NCBI GenBank assembly: GCA_964594415.1
Contig: CAZQLQ010000004.1
Location: forward strand, 19,162-83,161
Direction: 5' to 3'
DNA from: an uncultured Candidatus Saccharibacteria bacterium
GTDB lineage: Bacteria; Patescibacteriota; CPR2; UBA1875; CAIMLA01
DNA: 64,000 nucleotides
Under the pieces are notes generated by a model. The model did not search any database and was not told where the DNA came from. It saw only the letters and a list, made by a program, of their open reading frames with translations. Positions 9,527-19,306 of this stretch are shown in pieces; positions within the stretch are counted from its first letter, which is position 1, and each line of letters begins with the position of its first letter. The position numbers were made by a program, and so were the translations under genes.

Positions 9527-9737
9527 AAGAAAACACATCACCGCAAGGTGGTGTTTTTTCTTTGGTAATTTCGGGATGGCGAACCCCTGTCCTGAACAGA
9601 AACAACACGTTTTAACAAGTTAGATAAAAGCAAAATAAAAAAAGTGAGATTTAAAAAAGTTAATTTGATAGCGGTGAGAGCGGCTTGCCGCTACTCCCCT
9701 TGGGACTGCCAAAGAAAACACATCACTGCAAGGTGGT
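9508..9737 (+). repeat. 45-bp direct repeat of tRNA-Glu 3' end plus terminator (9508-9552 and 9693-9737)
   Basis: two copies with 2 mismatches, 185-bp period. Confidence 0.9.
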
Positions 9738-9777
9738 TTTTTTTATTTTTTATAAGCCAAAAAGGTTAATCTATTGA

Positions 9778-9806
9778 TTGACAGCTCAAGGGCAAACAAA
9801 TATAAT
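9778..9806 (+). promoter_or_regulatory. consensus sigma70 promoter of pyrH
   Basis: TTGACA-17-TATAAT; ATG 9 nt downstream. Confidence 0.85.
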
Positions 9807-9815
9807 TTTTACAGT

Positions 9816-10535
9816 ATGTCAAATATAAACAGAGCAATCCTAAAATTGAGCGGGGAACTATTTCAGGGCGAAAATGGGCATATTAGTTTTGAACAATATG
9901 AATATGTGGCAAAGCAGTTGGTCAGTATTCAAAATAAAACAAAAATTCAGCTGGCAATAGTAATAGGCGGAGGAAATATTTTTCGGGGCAGACAGGCCAG
10001 TAGCGAAATAGACCACAACGAAGCCGATTCTATGGGAATGATGGCAACAATCATAAATGGTATTGGCCTTAGAGAAGCATTAATCAGAATGGGAGCCACA
10101 GATGCACGATTGGCAACCTCAATAAGCATCCCACAGATAGCTGAGCCTTATATTAGAACAAAGGGACGCCATCACCTAAATAACAACAGGCTGGTAATTC
10201 TTGCGGGCGGATTAGGAATGCCAAACTTCTCTACAGATTCAGCTGTGGCACAATATGCCAGCGAACTTCAATGTGAAATTATTTTAAAAGCAAGTACTAT
10301 TGACGGAGTTTACGATTCGGATCCTAAGGGAAATAAAAATGCAAAAAAGTATTCTAAATTGACACACCTGGAAGCACTGGAGAAAAGATTAAACGTTATG
10401 GACAGAACGGCTTTTGCCATGTGTGAGAAGTCGAATATTCCAATATTTGTCTTTGATATTAAAAATCTAAATAGACTCACTGACATAATAAACAGCGATT
10501 ATTCGTTTGGCACTTTGATTAGCAGTCAAAAATAA
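9816..10535 (+). CDS. pyrH: UMP kinase
   Basis: LKLSGE, GGGNIFRG, D.MGMMAT, FSTDS, DGVYD.DP. Confidence 0.95.
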   Translation: MSNINRAILKLSGELFQGENGHISFEQYEYVAKQLVSIQNKTKIQLAIVIGGGNIFRGRQASSEIDHNEADSMGMMATIINGIGLREALIRMGATDARLATSISIPQIAEPYIRTKGRHHLNNNRLVILAGGLGMPNFSTDSAVAQYASELQCEIILKASTIDGVYDSDPKGNKNAKKYSKLTHLEALEKRLNVMDRTAFAMCEKSNIPIFVFDIKNLNRLTDIINSDYSFGTLISSQK

Positions 10536-10628
10536 ATATTAAGAATTCGGCTGTTTCTATTGTAAAAAGTTAAAAAAAATCATAAATTATAGTAAGTAGA
10601 ATAAATCAGACAAAAATCTGGAGGGAAA

Positions 10629-11930
10629 ATGGCGATTAAACCGCTAGTTAACTATATAAACGACGAACTAAAAAAGGGGAAGAGCAAAGAAACCATAAGA
10701 ATTGAGTTAATGAATGGCGGCTGGCAATTAGAAAGTGTTAGCGAAGCCTTTTATGAAGTCGATAAAAATGACAAATCGTTGAATACGCCGGCTAAAGAGA
10801 TTGAATCTTCAGTAGCTCCAAGCCCATCAGAAAAAACCTCAGAATCAGACAAGTCTTCTAGCATATCTCCAAATGCAGCACCTAAGCCACCCGAGCAACA
10901 AGTTGCAGAAGAGAGAAAAGAGAACATTTCGCCGCTTCAACAACAAAAAAAGGACTCTGACAAACCCCTCAAGCCACCCTTTCCCAGACTGGGTCTAACA
11001 CTGGGTGAGGCATGGGATATTTACAAAAGGAGATTCTGGACTCTCATAGCACTAATGTTTTTCACATATACCATAAATAGTACATTCTTGGTTTTCATGA
11101 GCAACATAATGCTGGGAGACATCAGACAAGTCTTTTTTGATAAGGATTACTTTGGCCTAATTTTATTCCTAATCATATATTTCTTGATTCCCTTTATAGT
11201 ATTAGTAGGAGAAACTTGGGGAACTACTTCACTTTTATTTGCAATCACACATCACAATGAGAGCGCAGGAATCGTAAAATCACTTAGTAAGGGGTGGGGG
11301 AAGATTCTGTCATACTGGTGGTTATCAATTCTAATTTTTTTCATAGTTTTTGGAGGTTCAATCTTTATCATACCAGGACTAATACTCCCGGTTAGCTTTA
11401 GCCTAGCTAGTTTTATATTGATGAATGAAAAAATTTCTCCTTTCGATGCGCTCCTAAAAAGCCGAGAATATGTAAGAAATTATTGGTGGAGCGTTTTCTC
11501 AAGGCTTTTTCTACTTGGAGGAGTTTATTTCATAATTACCACTATTGTAAGCGCAGTTTCCATCGTTTCATGGAATATTTTTAAGGAAATGGAAATTATA
11601 AATGTACCAATAAGCGACGCTACTATGACTCAAATAGGCATTGATCTTTTTTCAATTTTCACCTTTCCGCTTTTACTCGCCTATACTTATTCCATTTATG
11701 ATGGTCTTAGGGCAATAAAAAGCGGATTCACATTTGAGAGTTCTATACTTAAAAAGGTGCCTTATGGATTTCTTGGCATAATCGGATTATTAGGGTTAAT
11801 TGTATTAATCCTCTTTTTACTTTATACTTACGCCATTGATGAGGGGATTCCAGCCGTAAATTATATCGTAAATAATTCAAAATACCTGATAGATATAGCA
11901 AGAGAAGGTATTCAGAGTTACTTTTATTAA
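10629..11930 (+). CDS. multi-pass membrane protein with small N-terminal helical domain and S/P/E/K-rich linker
   Basis: hydropathy pattern; SD GGAGGG. Confidence 0.8.
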   Translation: MAIKPLVNYINDELKKGKSKETIRIELMNGGWQLESVSEAFYEVDKNDKSLNTPAKEIESSVAPSPSEKTSESDKSSSISPNAAPKPPEQQVAEERKENISPLQQQKKDSDKPLKPPFPRLGLTLGEAWDIYKRRFWTLIALMFFTYTINSTFLVFMSNIMLGDIRQVFFDKDYFGLILFLIIYFLIPFIVLVGETWGTTSLLFAITHHNESAGIVKSLSKGWGKILSYWWLSILIFFIVFGGSIFIIPGLILPVSFSLASFILMNEKISPFDALLKSREYVRNYWWSVFSRLFLLGGVYFIITTIVSAVSIVSWNIFKEMEIINVPISDATMTQIGIDLFSIFTFPLLLAYTYSIYDGLRAIKSGFTFESSILKKVPYGFLGIIGLLGLIVLILFLLYTYAIDEGIPAVNYIVNNSKYLIDIAREGIQSYFY

Positions 11931-11941
11931 TTTGTTAAAAA

Positions 11942-12919
11942 ATGTTTGAACAAAAAAATTTTTTAGAGTTTTTAAAAAACAAAAAGCTTGTATCAATAAT
12001 ACTTTTTCTCATTGTAATGGCCGGCATCTCCCTGACGATAAATAATTACAGAAAAAACGCAGATACAGCTATTTCAGCCAGTGCTAATAGTATTGTGGAT
12101 AATGAGAAGTATGCAATAGACGAAAACACGAAAAACTTTCATCCGTCTTTTGAATGGCTTCAGGAAAATCCTCAAGACATAGATGTCACAGCGAATTCTG
12201 CAATTGTTATTGACGAGAATACTGGAAATGTTCTTTTTGCAAAAAACGAACATGACAGCCTACCTCCAGCAAGTATTACAAAAATCATGACAGCAATTAT
12301 TGCGAGTGAAAACATTAATAAAAACGATCTCTGTACTGTATCGGAAAAGGCCGCTGCCACTGAGCCAAACAAAATAGTCATGAAAGAGGGGGAGCGGTTA
12401 AGATCCGAGGATTTACTTTATGGGTTAATGATGATCTCAGCAAACGACGCAGCAGAAGTACTTGCCGAATCAATAGACGGCAACAGACAAACCTTTATAA
12501 ATCTTATGAATGAGAAAGTTAGACTTCTGGGCCTAAATAGTACTGATTTCAAAAATCCGAGTGGACTAGATGAAGAAGGGCACCTATCAAGTGCCTTTGA
12601 CATTGCAGTGATGACAAGATATGCGATAAAAAGTTACCCTGAAATTCTCAGCTATATGGGAGAAAAAGAGGATTACAGCGTATACCCAACAGAAGAAAAC
12701 GAATCTCACTGGTGGAGCCATATTAGCAGTCTCTTATATAATTACCGTGGTGCTGATGGGGTTAAGACAGGCTATACCGAAAACGCGAATCACACGTTAA
12801 TAGCAACAGCACAAAGAGAGGGAAAAAGAATTATTATCGTTTATTTTGGATCAAGTGATTCTACGGGTGATGCGGTTAAACTATTAGACCTTGGATTTTC
12901 AATTAATACAGGTGTATAA
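11942..12919 (+). CDS. D-alanyl-D-alanine carboxypeptidase (peptidase S11)
   Basis: ASITK, SAN, KTG motifs; N-terminal TM. Confidence 0.92.
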   Translation: MFEQKNFLEFLKNKKLVSIILFLIVMAGISLTINNYRKNADTAISASANSIVDNEKYAIDENTKNFHPSFEWLQENPQDIDVTANSAIVIDENTGNVLFAKNEHDSLPPASITKIMTAIIASENINKNDLCTVSEKAAATEPNKIVMKEGERLRSEDLLYGLMMISANDAAEVLAESIDGNRQTFINLMNEKVRLLGLNSTDFKNPSGLDEEGHLSSAFDIAVMTRYAIKSYPEILSYMGEKEDYSVYPTEENESHWWSHISSLLYNYRGADGVKTGYTENANHTLIATAQREGKRIIIVYFGSSDSTGDAVKLLDLGFSINTGV

Positions 12920-12964
12920 TTTAGTAAGTTTGATATAAAATGCTTATTGGAGGGTAAATATTCA

Positions 12965-14614
12965 ATGCTCGGGGTTGGAGGAAAAGCTCGAAAAATAATT
13001 GCACTACTTTCACTAGTCTCAGGTGCAACTTTTATTTTATTAAATTTTAAATTTCCAGAAATAATTTCAAAGACATACCATTACAATAATGCAAAATTTA
13101 CTCTTTTGGCTAGTTTCATTATTTGCTTCTACTCTTTGTTTTATCTTATTTTGTATAAACTAGACACCGATGCTACCTTTGGAACACTTATTATCCTAGA
13201 TACCATTTTGTCTTTGTTGGTTCTTGATTTTCTCGGTGGTATTTTTGGCGGTTACGTCTTTCTTCTCTATATTGTAATTGCTTGCGGTTACGCTATTGAC
13301 TACAAATGGGGCAGTTTGACGGCTCTGGTTGTGCTTATGTATGTGTTTCTATCTTTTTATTTTAATGACTTTGGCAATCTTAGTATCTTCTCGACAATAT
13401 TTGGGTCAATAATAGTCTATTCCTTAATAATGTGGCGGATTAGTAATAATTATCTTAAGAATATCAACGAAAAGAATGAACACGAAAAGGCCGATAACGA
13501 ACTTAATATGAATATTTCAAAAGAATCTGCAATACTTTCAACTATTGCAGACGGAGTGTACGCTATAGATAATGACCGTAATATCACCATGCTTAATGCT
13601 GCAGCAGAACAGATAACGGGCTGGACTGCGGAGGAGGCGATCGGCATGAAGTGCTGGAATGTTATGAATCTTAAGGACCAGCAAGATAACAATGTATGCC
13701 AAAATGACTGCCCTGCTCTAAGTGTTTGGACAAAAGGGAAAACCATTATGAGAGATGATACTTGCTTATTAAGGCATAGAGGAGGTAAAAGTATACAGAT
13801 TTCTAGTTCCTATTCTCCAATAAAAGACAAGAATGACATAATAAAAGGGGCTATCTGTATTTTTCAAGATATTACAAAGAAGAAAGAAACCGAAAGATTA
13901 AAGAATGAGTTTGTTTCAACGGCTTCTCACGAGTTAAGAACCCCGATAACCGCACTGGAAGGGTATATCTCTCTTATAGAAAACGATAAGATTTGCAAAA
14001 TAGACGAAAAAGCAGCCGATTACTCCAAAAAAGCTCATGACGTAGCAATGGGGATGTCAAACCTAATCCAAAACCTTCTCATGGTAACAAGACTTGAAGA
14101 AGGAAAAGTAAAAACAGTTATAACCAATTTCAGTATTTACGACTTAATTAAAGAGTCGATTGATAATATGCAAGTGAGCGCACAGAAAAAAAATTTATAT
14201 TTGAAGATAGTTGAGGACTCAAACGAGAGCATTGCTTTTGAGAAAACTCTAGGAAGATCATTGAACGTTACCGCAGATCGCGAACAAATAAGAGAAGTGA
14301 TCTATAATTTAGTTGAAAACGCTTTAAAATTTACCTCCGAAGGGGGCGTCTCAGTTTCAGTTTCTTACGACAAAGACGTAGCAACTGTTTGCATAAAAGA
14401 CTCGGGGATAGGGATTCCTGCTGATGCTCAAAAACATCTTTTTGAAAAATTTTATAGAGTTGATAATACAGCCACACGAGAGACTGGAGGAACAGGCTTG
14501 GGATTGTTTATAACACGAACCATAATAGAATCCTTTGGGGGAAAAATATGGCTCGAGAGCCAAATAGGAAAAGGAACAAAATTCTTCTTTACAATTCCTC
14601 GTAGTTTGGAATAA
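12965..14614 (+). CDS. membrane PAS-domain sensor histidine kinase
   Basis: TM region, PAS, SHELRTP H-box, NALKF, DSGIG, GTGLGL; start moved to ATG after SD GGAGGG. Confidence 0.93.
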   Translation: MLGVGGKARKIIALLSLVSGATFILLNFKFPEIISKTYHYNNAKFTLLASFIICFYSLFYLILYKLDTDATFGTLIILDTILSLLVLDFLGGIFGGYVFLLYIVIACGYAIDYKWGSLTALVVLMYVFLSFYFNDFGNLSIFSTIFGSIIVYSLIMWRISNNYLKNINEKNEHEKADNELNMNISKESAILSTIADGVYAIDNDRNITMLNAAAEQITGWTAEEAIGMKCWNVMNLKDQQDNNVCQNDCPALSVWTKGKTIMRDDTCLLRHRGGKSIQISSSYSPIKDKNDIIKGAICIFQDITKKKETERLKNEFVSTASHELRTPITALEGYISLIENDKICKIDEKAADYSKKAHDVAMGMSNLIQNLLMVTRLEEGKVKTVITNFSIYDLIKESIDNMQVSAQKKNLYLKIVEDSNESIAFEKTLGRSLNVTADREQIREVIYNLVENALKFTSEGGVSVSVSYDKDVATVCIKDSGIGIPADAQKHLFEKFYRVDNTATRETGGTGLGLFITRTIIESFGGKIWLESQIGKGTKFFFTIPRSLE

Positions 14615-14653
14615 TATAATAAGCAAGGTTATTAACGAATAAACGGAGTTTTT

Positions 14654-15022
14654 ATGGCTAAATTAATGATAGTTGAAGATGATTCAGCATTAAGAGACAT
14701 CTATTCAACCAGATTTACCGCTGAAGGATTTGATGTTGTTACAGCAGCTGATGGAGAGATGGCGCTTACCGTTGCCGTAAAAGAAAAACCCGACTTAATA
14801 GTCCTAGACGTTATGATGCCAAAAATCAGCGGTTTTGATGTACTAGACATCCTGAGGGCAACCCCAGAAACAAAAGACTGCAAAATAGTGATGATGACGG
14901 CTCTTTCCCAAGAGTCTGACATAGAGAGAGGAAAAGCACTAGGAGTAGATGAATACTTGGTAAAATCACAGGTAACCCTAACAGACGCCGTAGAAAGAGT
15001 AAAACAAGTTCTTGCCAGATAG
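14654..15022 (+). CDS. single-domain response regulator
   Basis: VEDD, LDVMMP, TA, conserved K; no output domain. Confidence 0.93.
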   Translation: MAKLMIVEDDSALRDIYSTRFTAEGFDVVTAADGEMALTVAVKEKPDLIVLDVMMPKISGFDVLDILRATPETKDCKIVMMTALSQESDIERGKALGVDEYLVKSQVTLTDAVERVKQVLAR

Positions 15023-15042
15023 AGTATAGTATTTGATGTTAC

Positions 15043-15069
15043 AAAAAGAGCCCAAAAAGGCTCTTTTTT
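15043..15069 (+). terminator. intrinsic (bidirectional-type) terminator
   Basis: AAAAAGAGCC-N6-GGCTCTTTTTT. Confidence 0.85.
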
Positions 15070-15108
15070 ATTTACCTATAAGGCTAATTTTGATATAATC
15101 AACTGTAA

Positions 15109-16428
15109 ATGAAAGGCAAAGAAATGGAAAGAGTACTAACAACCGATATCTCAAAACACATCGGAAAAGAAATAATATTATCTGGATGGGTACATAAACT
15201 CAGAAAAATGGGAGCTATCAGCTTTCTCGTTATTAGAGACCGCTCAGGGCTTGCACAGGCTATCATCGAAAAGGATTCTGAAAATTTAAAATTAAACGAG
15301 CTTACTACTGAAACCGTGGTGAAAGTAAAAGGACTCATAATTTCCGAGGGAAGAGCACCTCACGGAGCAGAAATGCATGTTTCAGAAATAACGATAATCT
15401 CTCCTGTAAAAGAAGATATTCCGGTGGCAATAAACAAAAAAGAGCTAAACGTTAACCTGGATACCTTGCTTGACAACAGGCCAATCACCCTTAGAGCACC
15501 TAAACAAAAAGCTATTTTTAAAGTCCAAGGTACAATTCTAAGATCCTTTAGAGAATTTTTAGAAAAAAATGATTTTCTAGAATTTCATTCACCAAAAATT
15601 GTTTCCTCTGGTGTTGAGACTGGCGGTGCAGAAATGTTCGCCGTTAATTATTTTGGGAAAAAAACTTATCTTTCCCAAAGTCCACAAATGTACAAACAAA
15701 TGCTAGTAGGGGTTTACGAAAGGGTGTTCGAAGCCTCTTCAATGTTTAGGGCCGAAAAGCACAGTACCTCAAGGCATCTAAACGAATACGTCAGTATGGA
15801 TTTAGAAATGGGCTTTATCGATTCCTACGAGGATATTATGAATTTAGAGCAAGATTATCTCAAATTTCTTACTGAAAACCTGAAGAAAGAATGCACAGAG
15901 GAGTTTGAAATCTTGGAAAGCAATATTCCAAACATTCCTAATAAAATTCCAAGACTTAAACTCACAGAAGCGCAGGAAATATTGGAAAAAGAATACAAAG
16001 AAAAGTGCTTAGGCGCTCCAGACCTTGATCCGAAACAAGAAAAATTGATTTGTGAGTACTCAGCACAAAAGTTAGACAGCGAATTTGTATTCATTACCCA
16101 CTATCCGAGCAAAAAGCGACCTTTCTACACTTACGACGATCCTACAAACCCAAAAGAGACTCTAAGCTTTGACCTCCTTTTTAGAGGTTTAGAGGTTACT
16201 ACTGGCGGCCAAAGATTACATCTTTATGAAGATTACATTACAAAGATGAAAGAAAGAGGAATGAACCCAGATAATTTCACTGAATATTTGAGTGTCTTCA
16301 AATTTGGGATGCCACCTCATGGAGGACTTGCTATAGGCCTTGAAAGACTTACCGCCAGACTGCTAAACCTTGATAACGTTCGCGAAGCAAGCTTCTTCCC
16401 CCGTGATATAAATAGAATTAAACCGTAA
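15109..16428 (+). CDS. aspS: aspartate--tRNA ligase, archaeal-type, probably non-discriminating
   Basis: ~440 aa with no GAD insert; GWVH, LSQSPQ.YKQ, FRAE, PPHGG, FPRD. Confidence 0.93.
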   Translation: MKGKEMERVLTTDISKHIGKEIILSGWVHKLRKMGAISFLVIRDRSGLAQAIIEKDSENLKLNELTTETVVKVKGLIISEGRAPHGAEMHVSEITIISPVKEDIPVAINKKELNVNLDTLLDNRPITLRAPKQKAIFKVQGTILRSFREFLEKNDFLEFHSPKIVSSGVETGGAEMFAVNYFGKKTYLSQSPQMYKQMLVGVYERVFEASSMFRAEKHSTSRHLNEYVSMDLEMGFIDSYEDIMNLEQDYLKFLTENLKKECTEEFEILESNIPNIPNKIPRLKLTEAQEILEKEYKEKCLGAPDLDPKQEKLICEYSAQKLDSEFVFITHYPSKKRPFYTYDDPTNPKETLSFDLLFRGLEVTTGGQRLHLYEDYITKMKERGMNPDNFTEYLSVFKFGMPPHGGLAIGLERLTARLLNLDNVREASFFPRDINRIKP

Positions 16429-16429
16429 A

Positions 16430-17125
16430 ATGTATACAATCAAAAATGAACAATTTGAGGGCCCACTAGACCTATTATTACAGCTGATCGAAAGAGAAAA
16501 GCTAGACATCTGCGAACTCTCATTGGCTAAAATAACAAATGAATACCTAGAACGAATTTATTCTATTGAAGCAGTTGGAGAAGAAATTGCTAATTTCTTA
16601 GTGGTTGCCTCGAAGTTACTTTATATTAAATCAAAGAGACTTATTCCAGACATAGCAACAGAGGATGAAGAAGAAGAGATAAAAGACTTGGAATTAAGAT
16701 TAAAGGAATATCAAAAATACAAAAATGCCGCAAAAGAATTCGGGAAAATTTTAAAAACAGAAAATAGAAGCTGGAAAAGAAAAGCAAAAAACGAAAAAAC
16801 AGTTAATTTCATTCCACCAAAAGACGTCAATAAGCAAAAACTTTACCTAATATTCCAAGATATCTTAAAAAAGATAAATGAAGAGTCTCAAGAAGAGCAA
16901 ATCGTCGAAATAAAAAGATACTCAATGGAAGAAAAAAGGGACTACCTTAGAACTATTCTTTCTAATTCAAATAGGATTTCCTTTAGAACAATTTTATCCA
17001 AATCAAAACACAAAGAAGAGGTTATTGTGACTTTTCTGGCAATTCTAGAAATGATAAAACAAAAAGAAATTACCGTGAATCAGAAAAATAATTTTGCGGA
17101 TTTTAGCATCGAGGGTTTAAAATAG
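16430..17125 (+). CDS. scpA: segregation/condensation protein A
   Basis: FEGPLDLLLQLI; FLAILE. Confidence 0.95.
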   Translation: MYTIKNEQFEGPLDLLLQLIEREKLDICELSLAKITNEYLERIYSIEAVGEEIANFLVVASKLLYIKSKRLIPDIATEDEEEEIKDLELRLKEYQKYKNAAKEFGKILKTENRSWKRKAKNEKTVNFIPPKDVNKQKLYLIFQDILKKINEESQEEQIVEIKRYSMEEKRDYLRTILSNSNRISFRTILSKSKHKEEVIVTFLAILEMIKQKEITVNQKNNFADFSIEGLK

Positions 17126-17129
17126 AGCT

Positions 17130-17687
17130 ATGAGCACCAATCAAGAAAAAAACCTTAATTTAATTCTAGAAAGCCTTCTTTTTGTTGCAGAAAAGCCTCT
17201 TAACATAAAAGAAATTGCCAATATAACCGGTTTTATGATAAGCGACATACAAAAAGCACTGAAAGAAATCAGCGAAGAATATGAAAAAAGAGGCATAAGA
17301 CTCATCAGAAAGGGAGAGTATTTTTCATTCGTTTCTGCCCCAGAAAATGCAAAATATGTAACTGCACTTCTAAACGAAGAGCTCCGTCACGATATTTCAG
17401 AAGCAGCTATCGAAACTTTGGCAATAATCACCTACAAGCAACCAATCACCAGGATTGAAATTGAAGAGATAAGGGGAGTAAGTTCTGAGCAACTAATTAG
17501 AAACCTCTTAATACGTGGCCTAGTTGCAGAAGTTGGCAGAAAAGAAACAGTAGGCAGACCCATACTTTACGGGACAACGATGGAATTTGTTCAATATTTT
17601 GGCTTAAATAACGAAGATTCTTTGCCTAAAATAGAAGAGTTAAAGCTTTTTACCAAATCAGACGACGATGAAATTGAGAATTTCTAA
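17130..17687 (+). CDS. scpB: segregation/condensation protein B
   Basis: ESLLF, ETLAII.YKQPITR, GRPILYGTT. Confidence 0.95.
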   Translation: MSTNQEKNLNLILESLLFVAEKPLNIKEIANITGFMISDIQKALKEISEEYEKRGIRLIRKGEYFSFVSAPENAKYVTALLNEELRHDISEAAIETLAIITYKQPITRIEIEEIRGVSSEQLIRNLLIRGLVAEVGRKETVGRPILYGTTMEFVQYFGLNNEDSLPKIEELKLFTKSDDDEIENF

Positions 17688-18360
17688 ATACCTTTCCTCT
17701 TGCGGACTTGGAGCAAGAAGAAAATGCGAAGAAATGGTTGAAGACGGAAAAGTTTGCGTTAATGGTAACGTAGTTAACGACTTGGCTTTTAAAGTTGATG
17801 ATACAAGAGATGAGGTATTACTTGAAGGAAAAAAGATTACACCCCAAGAAAAGGTATATTATGCCCTAAATAAACCGATAGGGTATACTACAACGCTGTC
17901 AGACCCATACGCCCAAAAAACCATAATTGAATTGGTTCCTAATAAGCCATCTGTATGGCCCGTTGGAAGGCTAGACAAAAACACTTCTGGCCTAATTATT
18001 ATTACAAATGACGGGGAATTAACCCAAAACCTTACACATCCAAAGTTTGAAAAAGAAAAAGAATATGTTATTTCCCTGGATAGACCCTTAAAAGAGTTGG
18101 ATTTTAAAAAAATTAGAGAAGGAGTCTTGCTTGAAGACGGCTTAGTCAAACCTGATTTTTTCATAGAGAAAGGTAAAAAATATACGATAGTAATCCATGA
18201 AGGAAGAAAGAGGATTATTAGGAGATTGTTTAAGTCCCTGGGCTACACCGTTACCGAATTAACGCGCGTTAGAATATCCAATTTAAAGCTGAACAACCTC
18301 AAGCCAGGCTGTTTTCGCAAGTTATCAGACAATGAAGTAAAGGATCTTCAAAATGCATAA
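17668..18360 (+). CDS. RsuA/RluB-family pseudouridine synthase
   Basis: S4 domain, NKP.G, VGRLD, EGR. Confidence 0.92.
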   Translation: MKLRISKYLSSCGLGARRKCEEMVEDGKVCVNGNVVNDLAFKVDDTRDEVLLEGKKITPQEKVYYALNKPIGYTTTLSDPYAQKTIIELVPNKPSVWPVGRLDKNTSGLIIITNDGELTQNLTHPKFEKEKEYVISLDRPLKELDFKKIREGVLLEDGLVKPDFFIEKGKKYTIVIHEGRKRIIRRLFKSLGYTVTELTRVRISNLKLNNLKPGCFRKLSDNEVKDLQNA

Positions 18361-19279
18361 GATATTAATCGCACTAATGCTTATAAATAACTTGACCCCC
18401 TGTTGGCTTGACTTTGGCCAAAACAAGATGCTAGTGGACAAAACCTACGATGAGTTTAAAGAAAAAGAAGACTCCGAAAAGGGAAGCAAGCCGACCGACC
18501 AACTTAATCTTGAAGTCAGCAAAAACCCTTTCAAAATAAATGGAAGTAGCTTAAATTATTTAACGTCTAAAGCAGTTTTAGCGATAGATACAGAAAGCAA
18601 TGAAGCGCTTTATAGCAAAAAGGAAGATGAAAAGCTACAGATTGCAAGCCTTACCAAATTGATGACCGCATACGTGATCTTAAAAGAAAACGAGCTTAGC
18701 GAGATTGTTACCGTTCCAAAGATAATCAGTCAGTCAGGGGATTCTTTGATGGGAATATACGAGAACGAAAAAATTACAACCGAAAGCTTGCTTTACGGGT
18801 TGCTTATTAATTCTGGAAATGATGCCGCGCAGGCTCTCGCAATATACGATTCCGGCACATTAGAAGATTTTACTATTAAAATGAACCGATACGCAGAAAT
18901 TATCGGACTAACAAACACTCACTATTCAAATCCTGTTGGTTGGGATAACAAAGAAAATTATTCAACCGCCAAAGACATAGCAAATCTAACAAGAATACTA
19001 CTCAGAAACGCTGAATTCAAAAAAATCATAAGTAACAAAAATTTCACCGTCTATACTGAAGACGGCAGAGCTATTAATCTTACAAATACAAACAAGCTGC
19101 TTGATAATATAAGTTATTTTGGGGTAAAAACAGGGTTTACATTAGGTGCAGGTGAGTGCTTCGTATCCCTCATAAAACAAAATAATAACGAAGTCCTTAC
19201 CGTAGTTATAGGTTCAAATGATCGTTTTGGCGAAACAACAACACTTAAAGAGTGGATTTATAGTGCCTTTTTATGGTAA
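18353..19279 (+). CDS. D-alanyl-D-alanine carboxypeptidase (peptidase S11), second paralog
   Basis: ASLTK, SGN, KTG motifs. Confidence 0.92.
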   Translation: MHKILIALMLINNLTPCWLDFGQNKMLVDKTYDEFKEKEDSEKGSKPTDQLNLEVSKNPFKINGSSLNYLTSKAVLAIDTESNEALYSKKEDEKLQIASLTKLMTAYVILKENELSEIVTVPKIISQSGDSLMGIYENEKITTESLLYGLLINSGNDAAQALAIYDSGTLEDFTIKMNRYAEIIGLTNTHYSNPVGWDNKENYSTAKDIANLTRILLRNAEFKKIISNKNFTVYTEDGRAINLTNTNKLLDNISYFGVKTGFTLGAGECFVSLIKQNNNEVLTVVIGSNDRFGETTTLKEWIYSAFLW

Positions 19280-19306
19280 AATAGAGTGTCAAATAATTAA
19301 ACTAGG

